The notes beneath the pieces were generated by a model. That model had not been told where the DNA came from. It made no database searches and saw nothing but the letters and a program-made list of their open reading frames with translations. Both the position numbers and the translations under genes were made by a program. From positions 124,001 to 188,000 of the IMG/VR virus record IMGVR_UViG_3300044701_002789: DNA of 64,000 nucleotides; one strand, given 5' to 3'. This document shows positions 35,931-44,557 of this stretch, in pieces (the first letter of the stretch is position 1; every line of letters begins with the position of its first letter).

Positions 35931-36158
35931 TCAATCAAAAGTCTTGACGACTTCTTGTTGAACAGGAGAATTTCCTTTGATTCTATTTTGAATCCACTCT
36001 TCAACTTCTTTAACATCTGCGTCTGAAGCATTCCAGGTATCTACAAAAGGATCATAGTTACAATCAATCCAGATACCAAGCACATTCATTTGGGCATAAT
36101 ACCATTCCCTACGACTTCCGTTAGGTGCTTGATCACGACGAACGATACGATACTTCAT
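35931..36158 (-). CDS. Hypothetical protein
   Basis: Own dyad promoter. Confidence 0.75.
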   Translation of the reverse strand: MKYRIVRRDQAPNGSRREWYYAQMNVLGIWIDCNYDPFVDTWNASDADVKEVEEWIQNRIKGNSPVQQEVVKTFD

Positions 36159-36240
36159 AGGTTCAATTTGTTTACTAACCTATCATAGAGCATTTGGGGA
36201 GACATGTAAAGTGGGGGTTGTGACAGTTTTGAAGGTGTCC

Positions 36241-36906
36241 TTATGCTATTCTTTCTCTTTTGGAAGTATCTATACCTTTTGCTCTCTGATACATTGTAAG
36301 TGCTCCTGCATTTGTAATGTAACCAGTTTCTAGACATTTCCATTTTTGGGAATTTGTTTTAATGGATCCGAGTTTACCTGCTTTTGATCCATATTTTTTG
36401 CCATTTTCTATTCTTTGTTCTTTAGTGAGACCGCATATTCCAATTTTTCTATCTTTACACATTTGTCCTACTTTTTCCCCCACCATTTTTCCTCCAATTT
36501 TACCACCTATTTTACCACCTTTTCTACCATTTTCACTTAATTGTTCTTTGGTCAAAGAATGAACTCCTATTTTAAGTTCTGCTGCCCTTTTTCCATGCTT
36601 CAATCCACTTCTTCTACAAACATCCAAAGAAAATTTTCCACCACATCTTTGGTTTAAGCACAAAGGATCATTTAGAAATGGTCTAATTAACCGTTCCTCA
36701 ACTTCCCTACATTCAATATACCCTTTATCACTATACTCAAAAAATTGAAGTATCTGTTTCTTTGGAGTATAGAATTTCCAACACCACTTATGAGTTGTGG
36801 GAGATCCCCAATATTCTTGATTATAATACTTTTCTTTCTTACTACCATAATAGTAATAAGGAACCTCTTCAAAGGTAATCTTGTATGTATAAATGCGTGG
36901 TTGCAT
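36241..36906 (-). CDS. Seg-like GIY-YIG endonuclease
   Basis: RIYTYKI...YYYGSK...YWGSP...REVE..LI...LN; late promoter TATAAATA at 36942-36935. Confidence 0.75.
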   Translation of the reverse strand: MQPRIYTYKITFEEVPYYYYGSKKEKYYNQEYWGSPTTHKWCWKFYTPKKQILQFFEYSDKGYIECREVEERLIRPFLNDPLCLNQRCGGKFSLDVCRRSGLKHGKRAAELKIGVHSLTKEQLSENGRKGGKIGGKIGGKMVGEKVGQMCKDRKIGICGLTKEQRIENGKKYGSKAGKLGSIKTNSQKWKCLETGYITNAGALTMYQRAKGIDTSKRERIA

Positions 36907-36944
36907 AACTCTGCTCTTTAGTTGACGGCATTATTATTTATAAA

Positions 36945-37010
36945 TGAAAAGGTGCCCACAAGGAGCACCCAATCGTTTTACCTGTAGAGATTGCCGTCAA
37001 CTTCAGGCAT
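36945..37010 (-). ncRNA. Putative about 65-nt late small RNA or leader
   Basis: TATAAATA at 37021-37014, terminator GGTGCTC-CTTGT-GGGCACC-TTTT; contains 11 nt complementary to endonuclease leader. Confidence 0.4.
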
Positions 37011-37025
37011 GACTATTTATAGTGA

Positions 37026-37838
37026 TTATTTATCAGTGGGGAAAAACTGAAGAGGAGTACCGTTCACGATTAGGATTTTCTGAATACTTCCATTATTGAA
37101 AGCCGCCTTCAAAATCTCATTTCTCTGGTACTCAAGAGATTGTGCCGATACAGTAGATGCAAGTGCTTTATTTTCCTCTGCCTTGAGTTGAGCAGTCTGA
37201 GTTTTAACTTGCTGTTCTTTATTTGCACTCTGAGCAGCAACCACACGATTTACGGCAGCAACCAAGTCTTCGGGTAGGTCTGCTTTCACAACAACCACAG
37301 ATTCAATTTGAATTTTACCTGCAAGATTGTTCTTTTCTAAAGACAGATTCAGGTTATTCTTGATTGTGTCTTGGATCTTATCAAGACTGGAATTTACTTC
37401 CAGTGCAGGATATTCATCGACTGATTGATTCACCGCAGAAGTAATCAAACGCTTAATGAAACTAGACATTAGTTCAATTTGACCATTTTGACTGACTCCA
37501 TGGTTACTCATGTCGTAACCAGTATAAAAGTCATAGAGACTCGTGGGTGACAGACTATAAGTAACAACAACATCCATATCTTTCATAATGGTGTTGTCTT
37601 TGGTTTTAGGGGTCAGGTCATTTGATTGAACTGTAATTTTACGAGTGTTGAAGACCTTAATTGAACCAAATCCATCATATCGGATTCCTGGCTGAATAAT
37701 CTCATTCTTTACCTGGCCATCGAATCCGATGTATAATCCATTCTCCCCAGTATTGACCGTAGTAAATTGACCAGCAGTGAGAATAAGGGCAAGGGCAGCA
37801 GCACCAACACCCAGAGCAATTTTAGGACCAGCAGACAT
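37026..37838 (-). CDS. SPFH/Band 7 (prohibitin) family membrane protein
   Basis: N-terminal TM, TTVNTGENG, TKDN...MDVVVTY, C-terminal coiled coil. Confidence 0.85.
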   Translation of the reverse strand: MSAGPKIALGVGAAALALILTAGQFTTVNTGENGLYIGFDGQVKNEIIQPGIRYDGFGSIKVFNTRKITVQSNDLTPKTKDNTIMKDMDVVVTYSLSPTSLYDFYTGYDMSNHGVSQNGQIELMSSFIKRLITSAVNQSVDEYPALEVNSSLDKIQDTIKNNLNLSLEKNNLAGKIQIESVVVVKADLPEDLVAAVNRVVAAQSANKEQQVKTQTAQLKAEENKALASTVSAQSLEYQRNEILKAAFNNGSIQKILIVNGTPLQFFPTDK

Positions 37839-37865
37839 AGTTAATAATTAAATAAAGGACAAAAA

Positions 37866-38027
37866 TTAATCAGAAGTTAAACCTGCGTAGATAAACGCAA
37901 TGGCAACGAAAAGAAGAAAGACGAGAGGCAGCATCTTCAGGAAGAAGAGTACGGGAAGTCCTCTCAGAAGGAGGATAAAGAGTAGGAGTGCGATTCCTAC
38001 TCCTACTCCGATGATGCGGACGATCAT
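37866..38027 (-). CDS. Small two-helix membrane protein
   Basis: Hand-translated MIVRIIGVGVGIALLLFILLL... Confidence 0.6.
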   Translation of the reverse strand: MIVRIIGVGVGIALLLFILLLRGLPVLFFLKMLPLVFLLFVAIAFIYAGLTSD

Positions 38028-38032
38028 ATCAT

Positions 38033-38227
38033 TCAATTATAGGTACAAAGTTGTGTCCAGCGACCATACTGAATTCCTTCAGACCATTTACCACCTTGAG
38101 AGATACATGATTCTTTGGATGGAAGAAGAGATTCCCCTTTAATTGCCAGTCCTAGAAGACTAAATGCAATACCAGCAAGAGCAAGTGCAATCATCAACTC
38201 TACGAGTGTAAATCCTTTGGATTTCAT
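38033..38227 (-). CDS. Prepilin-type N-terminal cleavage/methylation motif protein
   Basis: MKSKG|FTLVELMIALALAGIAFSLL. Confidence 0.8.
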   Translation of the reverse strand: MKSKGFTLVELMIALALAGIAFSLLGLAIKGESLLPSKESCISQGGKWSEGIQYGRWTQLCTYN

Positions 38228-38424
38228 TTGTTCAGTTCGCTGATGAAGTAAATTCCCAGGAGAACCGCGAGAATGGCAAGAATAATCAGAGCACTAATCC
38301 AAATGGGAGATAGAACCCAGATCCAAGGCCAATTGATATAACCAGTCAGTTTCAGACCAATAAACAGAATGGTGAGAAGACCAGTAAATCCAATACCACT
38401 AGAAGATGAAGAATTGTTAGACAT
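38224..38424 (-). CDS. Small phage membrane protein
   Basis: GIGFTGLLTILFIGLKLTGYINWPWIWVLSPIW, a common phage TM family. Confidence 0.8.
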   Translation of the reverse strand: MSNNSSSSSGIGFTGLLTILFIGLKLTGYINWPWIWVLSPIWISALIILAILAVLLGIYFISELNK

Positions 38425-38494
38425 TCGTTTCTTTGTTGATTACTTCGTAAGTTTAACCGATAAAGGGGCACCTGTAAAGTACCCCTGTGACAGT

Positions 38495-38890
38495 TCAGTT
38501 ACTGGCGCGGTTGCTCAGGGCAAGTTCAACACGCTCGTCAATCTTGGAGAGGATGTAGTTCTCAAGATGACTGTCAATATCGTTCTTGATCTCGTCCATG
38601 ACTTCACGCTTGATGGTAGGAATTTGGTAACGCTTGTGATAATTCAGGATGCGTGTGTAAAAACCACGATCGGAAAGAAATTCTTTTACCATGCGCTCAA
38701 CTTCAGATGCGCCAAGCATTTCAATTTGACGCGAACGAACTTCTTCATGCAGATAACTGATTGCAGTGAGAAGATTGTCAAGTTGAACCAGTTGCTCATT
38801 GACGTTCACTTGGGCAACTTCGTTAGCAACAGGAGTCTCAGTAGCGGTCATTTGGGTGGTTTCTTTGATGGTGGAAGTAACAGTGCTCAT
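38495..38890 (-). CDS. Helical/coiled-coil protein, last gene of Ubl operon
   Basis: Starts 2 nt after E1 stop. Confidence 0.75.
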   Translation of the reverse strand: MSTVTSTIKETTQMTATETPVANEVAQVNVNEQLVQLDNLLTAISYLHEEVRSRQIEMLGASEVERMVKEFLSDRGFYTRILNYHKRYQIPTIKREVMDEIKNDIDSHLENYILSKIDERVELALSNRASN

Positions 38891-38892
38891 GA

Positions 38893-39606
38893 TCAGGAAA
38901 CGGAGGTGGTAAGAGTACGAAGGTTGAAGAACATGCCGCTTTGCTGCGGATTGATCATTTCATCCAGGACGTTCTGGATGACCGACAGAGTGATTGCTGC
39001 CGCCATGAAGTTGGCAGAGATCAGTTGAGGGCGGGAGGGCGCCTGAGTGGCGCATGACCCCTTGTGAGGGACCGAATCTTCTGGGTTCTCAATGTTGGGA
39101 TACACCAGAGAAGGATTCAGACCGATGCTTTGACCACCGACACGTCCGAACCAAAGAGTTTGACCCTTGACAGTTTCAGTACCATCGGAATTGCCTGGAG
39201 TGATGAAGAAGAAGTCTTTATCTTCACAAGCAGAAGAAATAGCAGCGATAATGTCCTTGCGAGTCGCGTCATTGTCAACGGAACACACAATCATAGGGCA
39301 ATTGGACCTACGCAGAAGAGGAATGAAGGATGTCATAGAAATATAATCATCCTTGTAATCAACGTTAGACAGACCCTGGTAACTACAGAAGTCCATCATT
39401 GCTCGCGCTTTGTTGAGTCCAAGTTGCGCTTCGCCAACGATCTGGCGAGTCATGTTGCTTTCCTCAAACTCATCACCATCAATGAACACAACTTTGGCGT
39501 CCTTGGTGGAAGGATGATAGGCAACAAGACGGGCGAGAGGGGAGGAAATGTAACCTCCAGTACCTCCAACACCAATCACGAAAACATAATCAGGAGAAAA
39601 GGTCAT
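38893..39606 (-). CDS. E1-like (ThiF family) activating enzyme
   Basis: GVGGTGG, IDGDEFEESNMTRQ, NKA, VDNDATR, candidate catalytic Cys in GSCA. Confidence 0.92.
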   Translation of the reverse strand: MTFSPDYVFVIGVGGTGGYISSPLARLVAYHPSTKDAKVVFIDGDEFEESNMTRQIVGEAQLGLNKARAMMDFCSYQGLSNVDYKDDYISMTSFIPLLRRSNCPMIVCSVDNDATRKDIIAAISSACEDKDFFFITPGNSDGTETVKGQTLWFGRVGGQSIGLNPSLVYPNIENPEDSVPHKGSCATQAPSRPQLISANFMAAAITLSVIQNVLDEMINPQQSGMFFNLRTLTTSVS

Positions 39607-39675
39607 AGGTGGAATTGACTACAGATCAATAATAAGGGATGAGAGGGTGGTTTGGAAAGGATGTGTGTCAGTATC

Positions 39676-40764
39676 TCAACTGGCACACACGAAGGACTCG
39701 TCGAGTTGACCAATCAGATACCCTTCTGTAGAAACATACCACTGACGACCGACAGAATCTTCCATGGTCACGAAACCAAGATAAAGATCATCACCTCGTT
39801 GAATGCTGGAAGTGCGGGCAGGGACGATCATAACGTGCGGAAGTTGGGGGAGAGGTTTAAATCCTGCCATAAGCATGGTGAAGAATGCCTGAACATCCGT
39901 ATCTGCGGAGATCATGATTAGAGTATCATAACCGGCGCAAAGAAAGGTGTCATTCTCCAGTTTTTTAAACGATGTTTTCCTAGAACTGTGTTTACGCATA
40001 TCTTCACAATTGCTTGCAAAAGATTGCAGATTGAGAAGATCGTTATTTGTTTGGGAAGAAAAATAAGAAGTTGAGATCTCACGAAGATTCCTTGGTCGCG
40101 TATAATCATACTGATTATCGCTGGTGGTTACGCTTCCCCAACAAATAGGACCACCAAGATAACTTCCCCATTCACCACCGTAGACATTAGAAACCGAAAG
40201 TTTTTTAGTTGCAACTACTTGATTGTTGTCGTCAACTTTACCGGCACAAAGATATGCTGTGTCGTTAATTTTCTCAAAGAGAAGATCTTTATTATTATGA
40301 GAAATATGACATTCAAAAACCATATTGGAGACGCTCACATAATCGGCATCATTATCACTTTCATCATATACATTGCCCTCTGGACAAGTACCAACCCAGT
40401 GACGAAAGGGCCGCTGCCAACCAGCATAAAAAACGCTACATTCATTGATGTTTGGATCCCTGGCGATTTTTTCATAGGCATTCCAGTTAATATCAATGCC
40501 GTAAGGACCGTCTTCTACAATATCTGGATAAGTATCCATAATATATTGACGACTATTTCTACGACACCCGATACAATTGGATTCATAGAAACAATTGATT
40601 CGCTGAGTCTCACTATTGGCAACTTTGAACCTAGCAAAACCATTAGGCATCCATGCTTTCAGGCGAATCATATCAGGTTGAACCTGATAACTAATAAACT
40701 CAGACTGAGTAGGCAGAGAGTGAATATGAACTTTGGCGGGTTCGGTAGGAAAAATAGCAGACAT
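39676..40764 (-). CDS. Prokaryotic E2-like conjugating enzyme (Prok-E2_D / PRTRC-B-like)
   Basis: SNVY...GPICWGS and YFSSQTNNDL match the E2 family D pattern; operon context. Confidence 0.7.
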   Translation of the reverse strand: MSAIFPTEPAKVHIHSLPTQSEFISYQVQPDMIRLKAWMPNGFARFKVANSETQRINCFYESNCIGCRRNSRQYIMDTYPDIVEDGPYGIDINWNAYEKIARDPNINECSVFYAGWQRPFRHWVGTCPEGNVYDESDNDADYVSVSNMVFECHISHNNKDLLFEKINDTAYLCAGKVDDNNQVVATKKLSVSNVYGGEWGSYLGGPICWGSVTTSDNQYDYTRPRNLREISTSYFSSQTNNDLLNLQSFASNCEDMRKHSSRKTSFKKLENDTFLCAGYDTLIMISADTDVQAFFTMLMAGFKPLPQLPHVMIVPARTSSIQRGDDLYLGFVTMEDSVGRQWYVSTEGYLIGQLDESFVCAS

Positions 40765-41801
40765 CAGTTCACCTCCATGAGATCAAGTTCAAGTTCCGCT
40801 TCAATGTCGGAACAAATTTGGGTCAGAAGAGTCATCAGATTAGATTTCTCTTCAATGTCGCCACGATTTTGCTTCAGGAAATCAGTGATAGAATCTTCAA
40901 TGTTCCAGAGTTTGACTGTTTTTTTCTGGGCAGATTCAACAGCGTTCCAGTAATCATCAATTGATTCAAACTCAGTCCAATCAACAGAATCCTGATAATG
41001 GAAAGGATCCTTGTAGTTACTTTGAGTGTTCCTGGAAGTGGGAGGATTAAAACGACTGGGCGCCAGGAAATTGTTGGTGCGCTGTTTTTGACCCTGCCAG
41101 GTGTTGATAATTGTAGTAATCTTGGGTTTCTCAACAGTAACGTAACTCAGAACATCTTCATGATACGAAACATCATCAACAGGAGTAGCGTCAATCAGAT
41201 GGTTGTAATTAACTTTGAACCGACGACCACCAGCAACAACAGACGAAGCAATGGCATAAGACCGTTTGGAAATGTTGATAGAACCAACAACAAGGTGAAT
41301 GCCTGGATCGCCAAGTTCGTACTTGTCATCTGTTCCTGAGAAGAATGCTCCCATAGTGTTATGACTATGAGAAGAACCAACAGGAATCCAACCTACAGGA
41401 GGATATTGAGTAATAGGTTCACCCGTTTCAATATCAATTGCTTCATCAAAACTATCTACACGGACAGAAGCACCACTGACTTCTTGACGAGGAACCAGAA
41501 TACGATATTTGGAAGGATCTTCTTCATTGCGAAGAATACGAACCGAAACCTCAAGAGAAGCGGCAACCTTGTCCACATAGTAGAAGCAAAGTTGAACCCA
41601 TCGCTGCCAAAGATCCGCAGGAATCCTATGAATGTTTTCTTTCAGTTCAAAAGTTTTGAGATCATCATTATTGATGATCACATTTGCTTCAGGATCATCA
41701 ATAGGGCGAAGGTATTTGCCCCAACCACCAGTGTAGTATTCAAAACATCCGTCCCGAGGGGTACGAAGAATAGTCGGTTGCTCTTGGATTTCGGTCGTCA
41801 T
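40764..41801 (-). CDS. JAB/MPN metallopeptidase (deubiquitinase-like)
   Basis: E(VSV)...VPRQEVSGASV...SHSHNTMGAFFSGTDDKYE. Confidence 0.88.
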   Translation of the reverse strand: MTTEIQEQPTILRTPRDGCFEYYTGGWGKYLRPIDDPEANVIINNDDLKTFELKENIHRIPADLWQRWVQLCFYYVDKVAASLEVSVRILRNEEDPSKYRILVPRQEVSGASVRVDSFDEAIDIETGEPITQYPPVGWIPVGSSHSHNTMGAFFSGTDDKYELGDPGIHLVVGSINISKRSYAIASSVVAGGRRFKVNYNHLIDATPVDDVSYHEDVLSYVTVEKPKITTIINTWQGQKQRTNNFLAPSRFNPPTSRNTQSNYKDPFHYQDSVDWTEFESIDDYWNAVESAQKKTVKLWNIEDSITDFLKQNRGDIEEKSNLMTLLTQICSDIEAELELDLMEVN

Positions 41802-41829
41802 GATATTGTAAAGGTCAAGTAGTGGAGTA

Positions 41830-41851
41830 AACCTCCCCCGAAAGGGAGGTT
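41830..41851 (-). terminator. UUCG hairpin between Ubl and JAB (weak terminator or stabiliser)
   Basis: AACCTCCCT-TTCG-GGGGAGGTT then TACT. Confidence 0.5.
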
Positions 41852-41864
41852 GGGAAAATAGGGA

Positions 41865-42131
41865 TCAGAAACCCTTGTTTTCGGAAGTCACAGCACCACG
41901 AACAGTTTCGCCAGGACGCACGGTGGTTTCGCCAGGAACGATCTCGTTGTTGATCACATAGCGGTTGATGCGAGCAGGATCCACGCCAAGGTTCTCACCG
42001 TACTGGGAGAACAGTTGAGCAACGGTCTTGCCACGGTAGTTGTCGGGAGACACGCTGTAGGTTTCCTCGTTGACCACCAGGGTAACAGGAGCGGAAGCGT
42101 CTTGGGTACGAACGTTGTTGAGGAATTGCAT
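41865..42131 (-). CDS. Ubiquitin-like (beta-grasp) protein
   Basis: 88 aa; VTLVV...GKTVAQLF...INRYVIN...VRPGETV pattern; ends ENKG-F; first gene of E1/E2/JAB cluster. Confidence 0.75.
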   Translation of the reverse strand: MQFLNNVRTQDASAPVTLVVNEETYSVSPDNYRGKTVAQLFSQYGENLGVDPARINRYVINNEIVPGETTVRPGETVRGAVTSENKGF

Positions 42132-42199
42132 AATAAAAAAGGAAATGAAATGTAAAGGACAGGTGTTTGTCGGTTTGGTGTTTCCCTCACCGACCCCTT

Positions 42200-42258
42200 A
42201 AGAATACCACGGAATCCGCTGGGATGTCGTGGAGTGTGCCAGTCTTGTGATTGGCACT
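42200..42258 (-). promoter_or_regulatory. Dyad/hairpin early promoter of Ubl operon
   Basis: GTGCCAATCACAAGACTGGCACA-28 nt-TATTCT. Confidence 0.7.
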
Positions 42259-42345
42259 TGGGGCGGCGGTGGGGGTGCGTCCCTTGCCGATGAGATAAAT
42301 GTACCCCATGCTGCTGGGGTCATGCCTGTTCAGTAGACAGTCAGA

Positions 42346-42558
42346 TCATTGTCCCAGTGCTCTGGGTATTCCAAACACAATAAAGAAAGATAGCAACGCC
42401 ACAATGTCCCAGCAGCGATTCTTTATCATGTAGGGCATCGCCAATGAGTTTCCTATCAAGTATAATCTTGCTCCTACTACTCCATCATAATAAAGTGTGA
42501 TGATGTACGCTACGCAAATTACTAGACTTGAGATCATTCGGAGTAGATTAGTGTTCAT
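42346..42558 (-). CDS. Small membrane protein
   Basis: Hydrophobic throughout. Confidence 0.7.
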   Translation of the reverse strand: MNTNLLRMISSLVICVAYIITLYYDGVVGARLYLIGNSLAMPYMIKNRCWDIVALLSFFIVFGIPRALGQ

Positions 42559-42583
42559 ATAACATACTATTAATTACTTGTCG

Positions 42584-44539
42584 TTAATCGCCCACAATAA
42601 TAAATGGCGCGATAACAAATTTTGATATTGCATTTTTTGTGAATTTTTGTTTCTTAATTTTATCATATAAATCTGGATCAAATAATTTTCCACCTTTTTT
42701 GGACACTAATCCATATATTGTTAAAACTATTTGTTTTTTTAATATTTCATTTAAAAGATTTGGTCCACCCTTAACAAACATATAAAATGCTTGAAGTTTT
42801 GAATACTTTTCCTCTAAGTATTTAATGGTTTTGTTTTCACTTCCTTTAATTTTACTCAAATCTTTAGCGGAAAGTATGTTAGTTACATATGGATCTAATA
42901 TGAATAATTTTATTTTATCTTTTGATCCTTTTTCTATGGGTTGTGTTAATGTTATTGTTTTGTTTTTGGTATCTATTGATTCAATTTTTGTACCAGTTTT
43001 AAGTTTAGCAGCGCCAGAAATAGCAAATACATAGTGCCCTTTTTTTATCTTTTTATCTATTTGACTTCCTGAAGTGAGAACATAGGGAAGAATCTTATCT
43101 CCTTTTTTTGTTGCAATTTCTACTCTAAGAGGAACTGCAATTTGATTCCTTTTTAAATTGGTAGTTATTGCTTTCACTTTTTCCCATACAAGACCTTCGG
43201 CATCATCCCATTTCATAATATATCGGTCAAGTTCAACTTTTGTTGTCAGTTTCAATGTTTCTTGTGAAGTTATTCCATATAGTTCTTTTATTCCTCTAAA
43301 GTCCTTAGATAATATTTGTATAGATTTTACCAAAAAATGTATATATTGATTGGTTGTTAATAAAGATTCGCGGATTGCACTAAGATCTTTGGTTTTATAA
43401 ATTAATTCATTTTTTGATAAAATATTGTTTACTTCATTAGGAATATCTGAAGATATATTTTTATATGCATCTATTCTCTTATCTATTACTTCTTTAAATA
43501 TTGGTTTATATTGTTGATAATTTTCTAAAATTTGATGCACGCCATTCGTATTGAGACCCCCAGACCATGCAGTTCCTCCGATCTTTTGCATATTAAATGT
43601 ATCACCTGGAGTGTCTAATTTCCATTTTTCAATTCCACCACCTTCAATATCCACTCCTTCATAATTTAAGTGGAATATTAGATTTGGTTGCAAAACTTCA
43701 TCTTTGTAATTCAGTTTTTTAATATCAACTAGGTCTTCAATAAATTTCATTATTTTTGCTCTATTTCCTTCCTGCAAAACATTATCAAAAGCAAACACAA
43801 ATTTGGTATATGGATCAATGTCCATTTTATTGGATTCATAATTCATCATTGTACCCACAATTTTATATCCTATACCGATTGGTGAAGCTTTTGATATATT
43901 TTTATATTGTTCGTCTATTTTTAGACTAGCAGTACCAGATTTTTTTAGTGAAATTTGAAATAATTTTTTTCTAATAAAAAATCTGTTTATAATAGATTTA
44001 TATGTATTTTTGTTAGTAGTGTAGTTAGCAACTATATTCGCCTTTTTACTAATTATATGTGTCCCTAATTCTTTTCTGATATTGTTTTCTTGATTTTTAT
44101 CTACTATCCATATATCAGATGGGTTATATACATCAGGTTTATCTGAAATATTTTTTGTTTCTAGTGCAGTTACGATTTTCTTAATACAATCGTCTTTTAT
44201 AAGTTTACCAAATTTAGACTTTTGATGATGTATTTCAAAGTTTTTGTTTAATTTTAATTTTTGTATTAAAAATCTTGCAATATCTATTGAAGATCTAACC
44301 CAACTAACACCAGAAGGTTTTGATGTGTGAAATACGCCCAAATTTGTTTTAATATCATATTCCCCATGAACAGATTTCAAAATACTGTCCGGATCCTCTC
44401 CGTCAGCGAAGTTTTCTATATATGCAAAAAAATCTTTATTTTTAGCATTACTTTTATGAATAAAAAAACTAAGAGCAGCACATTGTAGTATTTCTTGATT
44501 AAAAGTATTTGTTGTGTAATTTTCTTTCAGTTTTGCCAT
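42584..44539 (-). CDS. Large AT-rich protein, possible PD-(D/E)xK nuclease
   Basis: YNPSDIW...QISLK motif; late-like AATAAATA upstream. Confidence 0.6.
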   Translation of the reverse strand: MAKLKENYTTNTFNQEILQCAALSFFIHKSNAKNKDFFAYIENFADGEDPDSILKSVHGEYDIKTNLGVFHTSKPSGVSWVRSSIDIARFLIQKLKLNKNFEIHHQKSKFGKLIKDDCIKKIVTALETKNISDKPDVYNPSDIWIVDKNQENNIRKELGTHIISKKANIVANYTTNKNTYKSIINRFFIRKKLFQISLKKSGTASLKIDEQYKNISKASPIGIGYKIVGTMMNYESNKMDIDPYTKFVFAFDNVLQEGNRAKIMKFIEDLVDIKKLNYKDEVLQPNLIFHLNYEGVDIEGGGIEKWKLDTPGDTFNMQKIGGTAWSGGLNTNGVHQILENYQQYKPIFKEVIDKRIDAYKNISSDIPNEVNNILSKNELIYKTKDLSAIRESLLTTNQYIHFLVKSIQILSKDFRGIKELYGITSQETLKLTTKVELDRYIMKWDDAEGLVWEKVKAITTNLKRNQIAVPLRVEIATKKGDKILPYVLTSGSQIDKKIKKGHYVFAISGAAKLKTGTKIESIDTKNKTITLTQPIEKGSKDKIKLFILDPYVTNILSAKDLSKIKGSENKTIKYLEEKYSKLQAFYMFVKGGPNLLNEILKKQIVLTIYGLVSKKGGKLFDPDLYDKIKKQKFTKNAISKFVIAPFIIVGD

Positions 44540-44557
44540 TTCTTATGCCCGTATTTA

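Noticed and set aside
38893-39606. ThiF as a thiamine or molybdopterin biosynthesis gene
   Set aside because: No ThiS/MoaD GG-ending carrier, ThiG or MoaE nearby, no CxxC zinc motifs; neighbours are E2-like and JAB.
39064-41822. Plus-strand ORFs over the E1/E2/JAB genes (39064, 40219, 40998, 41361)
   Set aside because: Antisense to genes with clear catalytic motifs.
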